DNA from: a virus | Lineage: Duplodnaviria > Heunggongvirae > Uroviricota > Caudoviricetes | Length of the DNA stretch: 5,020 bases | Direction: 5' to 3' (one strand) | Virus record (IMG/VR): IMGVR_UViG_2684622620_000016 | Span: 1 to 5,020 of that record | In this document: positions 1 to 5,020 of the stretch, piece by piece | How the letters are laid out: each line of letters starts with the position of its first letter | How positions within the stretch are numbered: position 1 is the stretch's first letter | Made by a program: the position numbers and the translations under genes | Notes under the pieces: model-generated | Databases searched by the model: none | What the model was told of the DNA's origin: nothing | What the model saw: only the letters and a program-made list of their open reading frames with translations

Positions 1-1
1 G

Positions 2-421
2 TCAGCTTGCCGCTTTCACGATAAACGTCACAACACCAAAGATATCCAGTGTATCTTCGCTATTTATCGTAATGGGTGCATAAGAGCTATTTTCAGGAAC
101 AAGCATAAGTATTGGATGTAACTGCAGACGTTTAACTGTGAACTCGCCATCAATGGCAGCGATAACAATATCTCCATGTGCAGGTTTTCTGGAACGGTCG
201 ACGACCAGCAAATCCCCATTACCGATCCCCGCTCCAGTCATAGAATCACCAGATGATTTCACGAAGTATGTCGCATTTGGATGCTGAACTAATATTTCAT
301 TGAGATCAATGCGTTGTTCAATGTAATCCTGCGCTGGCGAGGGAAAGCCGCATGGGACAAGATCACTAAATAAGGGAAGCGCAACTATCTGGCGCAACTC
401 AGCTGGCGAATAAAACTTCAT
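2..421 (-). CDS. umuD: UmuD-like SOS mutagenesis protein (LexA-like S24 self-cleaving peptidase fold), 139 aa
   Basis: Translation from the internal Met ([30 protein letters not shown]...GDSM...FTVKRL...) matches UmuD in length and motifs: a Cys-Gly cleavage-site-like CGF, the catalytic Ser in GDSM and the Lys in VKRL. ATG is read as cat at 419-421 and stop TGA as tca at 2-4. The ORF-track extension to 553 would run over the operator and the dinI-like start and is rejected. Any umuC partner would lie beyond the window start. Confidence 0.85.
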   Translation of the reverse strand: MKFYSPAELRQIVALPLFSDLVPCGFPSPAQDYIEQRIDLNEILVQHPNATYFVKSSGDSMTGAGIGNGDLLVVDRSRKPAHGDIVIAAIDGEFTVKRLQLHPILMLVPENSSYAPITINSEDTLDIFGVVTFIVKAAS

Positions 422-438
422 AATAAACTCACTCACAC

Positions 439-467
439 TTACACTGTATATAAATACAGTATATACT
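439..467 (+). promoter_or_regulatory. Putative sigma70 promoter for the dinI-like gene
   Basis: -35 ttacac (439-444), 17-bp spacer, -10 tatact (462-467). LexA box 1 lies in the spacer and box 2 overlaps the -10 and +1. RBS aaagaggag at 483-491 precedes the ATG at 499. Confidence 0.4.
442..461. promoter_or_regulatory. LexA box 1 (SOS box)
   Basis: cACTGTATATAAATACAGTa: CTGT at 444-447, 8-nt AT-rich spacer, ACAG at 456-459. This is a near-perfect match to the E. coli LexA consensus TACTGTATATATATACAGTA. Confidence 0.75.
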
Positions 468-483
468 GGTATTAAACACAGTA
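464..483. promoter_or_regulatory. LexA box 2 (imperfect, CTGG-N8-ACAG)
   Basis: tACTGGTATTAAACACAGTa: CTGG at 466-469 and ACAG at 478-481. As recalled, the chromosomal dinI operator uses the same CTGT/CCAG half-site variant. It overlaps the putative -10 of the dinI-like promoter. Confidence 0.5.
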
Positions 484-498
484 AAGAGGAGTTAAAGC

Positions 499-741
499 AT
501 GTTCGTGGAACTCGTTTATGACAAAAGGAATTTTGATGGTCTGCCCGGTGCAAAAGATATCATTTTGGGCGAGTTAACCAAGAGGGTTCACCGGATCTTT
601 CCCGATGCTGATGTTCGGGTTAAACCGATGATGACACTGCCGGCGATCAACACTGATGCCAGCAAGCATGAGAAGGAACAGATAAGCCGTACTGTTCAGG
701 AAATGTTTGAAGAGGCTGATATGTGGCTGGTTGAAAACTAA
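499..741 (+). CDS. dinI: DinI-like DNA-damage-inducible protein, 80 aa
   Basis: An 80-aa product of the same size as DinI with a recognisable DinI-like pattern ([17 protein letters not shown]...[23 protein letters not shown]). Strong SD (AAAGAGGAG) 8 nt upstream of the ATG, with LexA boxes immediately upstream. Confidence 0.8.
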   Translation: MFVELVYDKRNFDGLPGAKDIILGELTKRVHRIFPDADVRVKPMMTLPAINTDASKHEKEQISRTVQEMFEEADMWLVEN

Positions 742-770
742 GCGACCAAAAACCCTGATAAAAATCCAGG

Positions 771-791
771 TTACTCGGGTGAGTAATTTCG
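771..791 (+). terminator. Weak hairpin downstream of the dinI-like gene (possible terminator)
   Basis: ttactc-gggt-gagtaa inverted repeat (6-bp AT-rich stem) followed by tttcg. Weak; listed with low confidence. Confidence 0.25.
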
Positions 792-841
792 ACTAATATC
801 CATTATAAAAATGTGAAAAGAAAAGAATATTCGTCAACTCC

Positions 842-1582
842 ATGCCCATTGAATCATTGCGTGTAATCGAAATTATCAGGCGAATACCTGACTGTGCAAC
901 TGAGCCATTTCTCTGCAAATGTGACGATGGTGAGCTTTATGTTGTAAAGGGTATGCCTAGCGTTCCTCGGGTACAACTCATTGCAGAATGGGTATCAGCA
1001 CACCTTGGTTTGAAACTGGGTCTCTCATTGCCTGATTTTAGTACGGCATATGTAGACCGAGCTTTAACTCAGTATGTGCCTGAATGGCGAAATGCCTTAA
1101 ACGAGGGTTATGCGTTTGCAACAAAATTTATCCCGGGCGTAGCCCCTATAACTTTTACCCAAGCCCATACTAACGTTGACGAACAAGACCAAAAGAAAAT
1201 CTATCTCTTTGATAGATGGATAAATAACTCAGATCGTACCCTGTCACCACAGGGTGGCAACGTGAATATTATTTTTGATTACCGTAACAATAGATATTAC
1301 CTGATTGATCATAATCTCGCCTTCGACCAAAATGATGATGAGGAAGCTTTTGACTACCATGTCTATGCTCCGCGGCATCGTAAGTGGTGGTTTGACATCG
1401 TCGACAGACCGCTCTCTGAAGATGAACTAATCCGCACTAAGGAAATCCTACCTTTATGTGTAGAGAGCATCCCTGATGAATGGTTGCCAGAGACTCAAGA
1501 AGAACGAGAAGTGTGTTTGTCTCGAATTGAAACGCTATTGAATCGTAACGAAACAGATGTATTTTGGAGTAAAATCAAATGA
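842..1582 (+). CDS. Hypothetical protein, 246 aa; small HipA-like / PI3-4-kinase-like atypical kinase domain (putative)
   Basis: Long ORF. Motif FDRWINNSDRTLSPQGGN resembles the HipA catalytic loop as I recall it (FNLLIGNTDDHLKN), and YYLIDHNLAFD resembles a Mg-binding DFG-equivalent about 25 residues downstream. N-terminal YVVKG may be a beta3-Lys-like element. The SD before the ATG at 842 is poor. Spot GC counts on 60-nt lines give about 35-43%, lower than flanking genes. The family call rests on motif memory only. Confidence 0.6.
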   Translation: MPIESLRVIEIIRRIPDCATEPFLCKCDDGELYVVKGMPSVPRVQLIAEWVSAHLGLKLGLSLPDFSTAYVDRALTQYVPEWRNALNEGYAFATKFIPGVAPITFTQAHTNVDEQDQKKIYLFDRWINNSDRTLSPQGGNVNIIFDYRNNRYYLIDHNLAFDQNDDEEAFDYHVYAPRHRKWWFDIVDRPLSEDELIRTKEILPLCVESIPDEWLPETQEEREVCLSRIETLLNRNETDVFWSKIK

Positions 1583-2397
1583 CTACGCCATGTCTATACA
1601 GCATTGTAAGATATGCGCCGTTTGCTGAAACTGAAGAGTTTGCAAACATCGGCGTAGTCGTCTGCGCACCTCAAAAACACATATTCCTCTTCCGACTAAC
1701 TCAAAGTAATGACGCCAGGGTTACGTCTTTCTTCAAAGATGACACTATCTTTCCCTTGGCTAAAGATGCTGTTGCTAGGGAGCTGGCCTTTGCTCAAGAG
1801 CAGACAAAAAACGTTAAAACGGCCGATGATGTCGCCAATTTCTTCAGCTATTTGACGGCTAAAAGGGAATCAATCTTTCACTTCAGCTCAACACGTGTAG
1901 TTCTGGCTGAAAACCCAGAGCAAGAGCTACAAAGGTTGTATGCAAAATTTGTAAACCATACAGATTATAACAAAGAGCGTAGAGAAGAGATTCTTACCAG
2001 AGAGCTAAAAGGACGGCTGAATTCTTATGCAGAACTGCAGAATATTTTCCGTAAGGAAACAATCGGCGGGGATTTGATAAGGTTTTCAATGCCGTTCGTT
2101 GCCAAGCAGGAAGATGAAGTACTTTGCGCTATCAAGCCACTCGCGTTCGTCCAGCAGGAACCTGGTAAGATGATGGAACACTGCGACTCATGGGTATCAA
2201 GAGTTAAGCGAGCTGCTGATGAGAAATTGCTGAATCTAGCCAATGTTCTTTTTACCATTGATGGTCATAAAAATCCGAGCACCTCTGAAGCGAAAGCTAT
2301 GGATGAGATTAGGAGAACGTTTGACCGTAACAACCTTGCACACTTTAGACACAATGATGAAAAGTCTATAATCGATTTTGCAAAAGCATCTATCTAA
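1579..2397 (+). CDS. Hypothetical protein, 272 aa, translationally coupled partner of the kinase-like gene
   Basis: The start overlaps the upstream stop by 4 bp (ATGA at 1579-1582). GGAG SD at 1567-1570. No catalytic motif that I can recognise. The N-terminal motif YSIVRYAPFAETEEFANIGVV is faintly reminiscent of a DUF-type family (possibly DUF3037), but I cannot confirm this from memory. Confidence 0.65.
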   Translation: MTTPCLYSIVRYAPFAETEEFANIGVVVCAPQKHIFLFRLTQSNDARVTSFFKDDTIFPLAKDAVARELAFAQEQTKNVKTADDVANFFSYLTAKRESIFHFSSTRVVLAENPEQELQRLYAKFVNHTDYNKERREEILTRELKGRLNSYAELQNIFRKETIGGDLIRFSMPFVAKQEDEVLCAIKPLAFVQQEPGKMMEHCDSWVSRVKRAADEKLLNLANVLFTIDGHKNPSTSEAKAMDEIRRTFDRNNLAHFRHNDEKSIIDFAKASI

Positions 2398-2400
2398 TCG

Positions 2401-2428
2401 ACCCGGCCTATGCGCCGGGTTTTTATTT
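2401..2428 (+). terminator. Rho-independent terminator of the two-gene operon
   Basis: acccggc (2401-2407), 6-nt loop ctatgc, gccgggt (2414-2420), followed by tttttattt. This is a 7-bp GC-rich stem plus a U-tract, 3 nt after the stop at 2395-2397. Confidence 0.85.
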
Positions 2429-2571
2429 CATATTTCAGATTAGACGCCTTGAAACGTCACATTGCTTAAGTACAATCCGCTGCGACTGCCAATCATTCAG
2501 TAAACCACTACAACTATCGAACGTTCGCCAGTTCGCCGATGCCCGTTCTTGCATACGACGAGCCTGCGGTT

Positions 2572-3126
2572 TCATTTATCTCCGGCCGGAAACTTCTTAT
2601 ATAGTGTCGATACACCAACATCATAGATGATCGCCACCTTCTGGCGAGGAACTCCTGATGCAATTAATCGCCCGGCCTGCGCCCATTGTTCTGTTGTAAG
2701 TTTGGGACGACGTCCACCAATTCGTCCCTGTACACGAGCAGCTTCCAGCCCGGCTTTTGTTCTTTCAACAATCAGTTCACGCTCCATTTCAGCCAGGGCA
2801 CCCATCACATGAAAGAAAAAGCGCCCCATTGGTGTGCTGGTATCAATAGCATCCGTCAGGCTGCGAAAATTAACGCCACGTTCGCGCAACTCTTCCACCA
2901 GCACGACAAGATGCCGCATACTGCGCCCCAGTCGGTCCAGTTTCCAGACCACCAGCGTGTCACCTGCCGATAATGTCCTGAGCAGCTTTTTCAGTCCTGG
3001 TCTGTCGGACTTTGTACCGCTTATCTTGTCTTCAAAAATCAGCTCACATCCTGCACAGTTCAACGCATTACGTTGTAGATCGGTGTTCTGGTCATTTGTT
3101 GATACGCGAACATAGCCAATAAGCAT
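2572..3126 (-). CDS. pin: Serine DNA invertase, Pin/Gin/Hin/Cin family, 184 aa
   Basis: Translation from MLIGYVRVSTNDQNTDLQRNALN... (catalytic Ser in the VRVSTxxQ motif) through a C-terminal helix-turn-helix (GVPRQKVAIIYDVGVSTLYKKFPAGDK). From memory it is nearly identical to Pin of E. coli e14. Start ATG at 3124-3126 with SD AGGAGGAG just upstream on the minus strand. The 12 extra N-terminal residues in the ORF track are rejected. Confidence 0.95.
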   Translation of the reverse strand: MLIGYVRVSTNDQNTDLQRNALNCAGCELIFEDKISGTKSDRPGLKKLLRTLSAGDTLVVWKLDRLGRSMRHLVVLVEELRERGVNFRSLTDAIDTSTPMGRFFFHVMGALAEMERELIVERTKAGLEAARVQGRIGGRRPKLTTEQWAQAGRLIASGVPRQKVAIIYDVGVSTLYKKFPAGDK

Positions 3127-3180
3127 GATAGCTCCTCCTGACAAAAACAGGAACGATGCCATTTGCGCGCTATTTCTGCA

Positions 3181-3264
3181 TTTTCATAAACGTTGGTTTG
3201 NNNNNNNNNNNNNNNNNNNNNNNNNNNNNNNNNNNNNNNNNNNNNNNNNNTTGGTTTGAGAGAA
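3181..3264. other. Putative invertase crossover site (gix/pix/hix-like), interrupted by the N gap
   Basis: Left flank ttttcataaacg|tt|ggtttg (3181-3200) and right flank ttggtttgagagaa (3251-3264) resemble the 12-2-12 Gin-family site architecture (TTnnnnnAAACC NN GGTTTnnnnnAA). It is located between the invertase 5' end and the start-less fibre cassette, as at Mu gixR and e14. Confidence 0.45.
3201..3250. other. Run of 50 N (assembly gap or masked sequence)
   Basis: Directly visible in the sequence. The same octamer ttggtttg sits on both sides of the gap (3193-3200 and 3251-3258). Confidence 1.
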
Positions 3265-3885
3265 GGTTCATTTGGGTTCAGAAATCTGGTTACCTTCACA
3301 ACGGCTGGAGTAACAAGCTGGACTGTTCCTGAAGAGTTGCGCAAAGGAAGAAAATGTTACGTCAAAGTTATTGGTGGCGGTGCGTCAGGAGGGATAGGTT
3401 CAACAACCGCTTCAGCCGTTACATGTGGCGGAGGAGGTGGTGGGGGCGGAGTTGCTGAGGGACTGGTAGATTTAACTGGTATAAACAGTGTTTCGATTAC
3501 GGTTGGTGCCGGTGGTGCGCCTGTGTCTGGTATTTCTGTAAACGGTAAAAATGGTGGCTCGAGCAGTTTCGGGACTTACATGTCAGCTTCCGGAGGCTAT
3601 AGCGGAGGCCAGCCTTCCGGAGGGTTAGGCGCAGTTGGTGTCGGGGGAACAATTAATACATCGCTTGGGCCAGGTTCTCCAGGTTCCATTGCTTCTGCCG
3701 CATCGGGGGCTGGTAATGGTGGTTCTGGTGGTGGCCCCGGAGGAGCAGGTTCATTCAGAGATACAGCTAACGGAAAAGCGGTATCAGCAGTTGGGCCTGG
3801 AGGTGGCGGTGCTGGATTATGTCCTAATTCATCAACGGGTCAGTCGGGTGCCGGAGCAGATGGCGCAGTTTATATTTACTGGTGA
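3253..3885 (+). CDS. Tail-fibre C-terminal variable segment (Sv'-type), glycine-rich, start-less (5' end undefined because of the gap)
   Basis: Open frame from the gap to TGA at 3883-3885 with no plausible start or SD. The product is extremely Gly/Ser-rich with repeated poly-Gly blocks (GGGASGG, GGGGGGGG, GAGGAP, GGYSGGQPSGG, GNGGSGGGPGGAG, GPGGGGAG). Its position next to the invertase site matches the silent alternative fibre tip of Mu, P1 and e14 inversion systems (stfE-like). Confidence 0.7.
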   Translation, partial: GLREGSFGFRNLVTFTTAGVTSWTVPEELRKGRKCYVKVIGGGASGGIGSTTASAVTCGGGGGGGGVAEGLVDLTGINSVSITVGAGGAPVSGISVNGKNGGSSSFGTYMSASGGYSGGQPSGGLGAVGVGGTINTSLGPGSPGSIASAASGAGNGGSGGGPGGAGSFRDTANGKAVSAVGPGGGGAGLCPNSSTGQSGAGADGAVYIYW

Positions 3886-3892
3886 GGTTCAT

Positions 3893-4063
3893 ATGTGGGC
3901 AAGAATTGAAGAAAATAAAGTAGAAGAGATAACGGAAATTAATCCTGAAGGAAGATTCCATCCATCATTAATATGGAAAGAATGCCCTGCTGACACACAG
4001 CAGGGGGATTTATATATTGATGGTGAGTTTATTGCGCAGTCTCCGGCAGTTCAGGCCAGATAA
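3893..4063 (+). CDS. Short ORF, 56 aa, immediately downstream of the Gly-rich fibre segment; possible small cognate chaperone or truncated tail-fibre assembly protein
   Basis: ATG at 3893 preceded by GAGG (3884-3887). Product MWARIEENKVEEITEINPEGRFHPSLIWKECPADTQQGDLYIDGEFIAQSPAVQAR. It lacks the conserved tail-fibre assembly C-terminal motif. Its 3' end overlaps the convergent tail-fibre assembly gene by about 35 nt. Confidence 0.4.
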   Translation: MWARIEENKVEEITEINPEGRFHPSLIWKECPADTQQGDLYIDGEFIAQSPAVQAR

Positions 4064-4637
4064 CATCCGGCGCGGTGCTGGTATCTGTTGCCGTCACCGC
4101 GTCAATGTAATCCAACACCGTGTTAAGTCGGCTGGTTTCTGACTGCGTCAGATTCCGTCCGGCCTGTAATTTCAGCTGAATCAGACTGATGGAAGCCATT
4201 GCAGCATCAATCAGTGACTGACGCTGTGCTTCTGCCGCGTCTACTGCGGCGCTATGCTGTGCCTCAGTATCGGTCACCCATTTCTCACCATCCCATTTAT
4301 CGTATGGCGTTAATGGGGCGATAGTGGTTGTATTTTCAGGATAATCACCCGGTGCTGTGATTTCTTTCGATTCTCCTGTTTCGGTGCTATAGACGATTTC
4401 ACTGCGATGGTCTGGCACATATTCCCACGAGTTATAATCTGCAGAACGGCAAATTGCATAACCAGCTTTATATGAGCCGGGAGCATCTAAACAGGAACAT
4501 GCCGGAATGCCGACACCCACAGCAAGATATTCAGTTGATGTGAAAATATATTCCCGTGTTTCACCATCATAGTTATAAACAGTAATATTTCCTGCCTGGG
4601 TGGCGATAAATTCGTTATTTAATACGGCGTAATCCAT
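4029..4637 (-). CDS. tfa: Tail fibre assembly protein (lambda Tfa / Mu U family), 202 aa
   Basis: The C-terminus (LNTVLDYIDAVTATDTSTAPDVIWPELPE) matches the conserved tail-fibre assembly motif (lambda ...RVDTSTAPDIEWPAVP). The central PENTTTIAPLTPYDKWDGEKWVTDTEAQ matches lambda [28 protein letters not shown]. The start ATG overlaps the upstream stop in a TAATG arrangement (4635-4639), with SD GAGGG upstream. Confidence 0.9.
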   Translation of the reverse strand: MDYAVLNNEFIATQAGNITVYNYDGETREYIFTSTEYLAVGVGIPACSCLDAPGSYKAGYAICRSADYNSWEYVPDHRSEIVYSTETGESKEITAPGDYPENTTTIAPLTPYDKWDGEKWVTDTEAQHSAAVDAAEAQRQSLIDAAMASISLIQLKLQAGRNLTQSETSRLNTVLDYIDAVTATDTSTAPDVIWPELPETAQ

Positions 4638-5020
4638 TATGCAGCCCTCACGATATACGCAAATGCCAGGTTCCGTGGTCTGGTTTCTTTAATTAAAGAG
4701 GAGGCATCAGGTGAACTCACTGATTCAGCACCATTTCTTCCACCAGTGGTATAAGTAAAAACTCTTTCACTGTTAGACCAGTAATCCACACCAACTGTTT
4801 TTGCTGATGAAAAAATGGTTTCATCAGATATAACCTGTTCTATTCCATACGGGATATTAGTAACTGACCCCACTTTTGTAGGTATTCCATGATTATGAGA
4901 AATTACTGCATGCTCTTGATTCGTTAATAAAGTACGACCGCTATCCACTCCACGCCCGTCATCCCAGCCACGAATAAACTCACCACGTAAATCAGGCAAT
5001 TTATTTGTCGGGTAAGCCTT
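4637..5020 (-). CDS. Tail fibre protein, C-terminal part (phage tail-collar-like domain); partial, 5' end beyond the window
   Basis: The frame is open from the window edge (...KAYPTNKLPDLRGEFIRGWDDGRG...ETRPRNLAFAYIVRAA, then stop). The LPDLRGxFxRG and ETRPRN..YIVR motifs are typical of phage tail collar / fibre C-terminal domains. The TTG start in the ORF track at 4999 is an artefact. The stop is coupled to the tail-fibre assembly start. Confidence 0.85.
   Translation of the reverse strand, partial: KAYPTNKLPDLRGEFIRGWDDGRGVDSGRTLLTNQEHAVISHNHGIPTKVGSVTNIPYGIEQVISDETIFSSAKTVGVDYWSNSERVFTYTTGGRNGAESVSSPDASSLIKETRPRNLAFAYIVRAA

Larger units (their letters stand above)
422..498. promoter_or_regulatory. 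Divergent SOS-regulated promoter/operator region between the umuD-like and dinI-like genes
   Basis: A 77-bp AT-rich intergenic region between divergent starts contains two CTGN-N8-ACAG palindromes (listed separately) and a sigma70-like -35/-10 pair for the + strand. Confidence 0.6.

Noticed and set aside
422-553. N-terminal extension of the umuD-like ORF (ORF track starts it at 553, giving 183 aa)
   Set aside because: The extension would read through both LexA boxes and the dinI-like start. The internal Met at 421 gives a 139-aa product matching UmuD in length, so 2-421 is the gene.
2025-2258. Minus-strand 77-aa ORF inside the 272-aa partner gene
   Set aside because: Fully embedded antisense in a longer, translationally coupled CDS, with no independent start signals.
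2627-3115. Three + strand ORFs (2627-2812, 2686-2973, 2834-3115) antisense to the invertase gene
   Set aside because: They lie entirely within the well-supported invertase CDS on the opposite strand, with low-complexity Ser/Arg/Thr-rich translations and no SD. They are typical shadow ORFs of a GC-rich gene.
3127-3162. Twelve extra N-terminal residues (MASFLFLSGGAI) on the invertase ORF
   Set aside because: Gin/Pin/Hin invertases start at MLIGYVRVS, and the strong SD AGGAGGAG sits immediately upstream of that ATG (3124-3126).
3060-3344. Minus-strand 94-aa ORF spanning the N gap
   Set aside because: The reading frame runs through 50 undetermined bases and overlaps the invertase start and site region; it is an artefact of the gap.
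3635-4063. Long form (142 aa) of the + strand ORF ending at 4063
   Set aside because: Its first ~86 codons overlap the Gly-rich fibre segment in another frame. Only the portion from the ATG at 3893, which has an SD and follows the fibre stop, is plausible.
4668-4693. ggtttctttaat near the fibre C-terminus as a possible second crossover site
   Set aside because: Only one half-site has any resemblance and there is no palindromic partner half. It lies 14 codons from the fibre stop, where a constant/variable junction is implausible.
4997-4999. TTG start for the tail-fibre ORF as given in the ORF track
   Set aside because: The frame is open from the window edge at 5020 (KAYPTNK precedes it), and a 120-aa fibre is implausible; the gene continues beyond the window.
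1-5020. CRISPR arrays, tRNA or rRNA genes, IS-element terminal inverted repeats
   Set aside because: No regularly spaced direct repeats, cloverleaf-compatible segments or transposase-like ORFs were seen on reading both strands.

Overview
This window reads as the accessory end of an enterobacterial prophage or cryptic prophage, in four blocks. (1) Positions 2-741: a divergent umuD-like (-) and dinI-like (+) gene pair whose 77-bp intergenic region carries two LexA-box-like palindromes. (2) Positions 842-2397: an AT-rich two-gene operon with a 4-bp ATGA overlap, encoding a small HipA-like kinase-like protein and a 272-aa partner I cannot place in any family, ending in a strong intrinsic terminator. 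This is the best candidate for an undescribed toxin-antitoxin or anti-phage module. (3) Positions 2572-3126: a Pin/Gin/Hin-family serine DNA invertase (-), followed immediately by a 50-N gap (3201-3250) that sits where the invertase crossover site is expected. (4) Positions 3253-5020: a tail-fibre host-range switch cassette, comprising a start-less glycine-rich tail-fibre C-terminal segment (+), a short 56-aa ORF (+), a convergent full-length tail-fibre assembly chaperone (-), and a tail-collar-type tail-fibre C-terminus (-) that runs off the window edge. All family assignments come from reading the ORF translations and recalled motifs; no database search was run.
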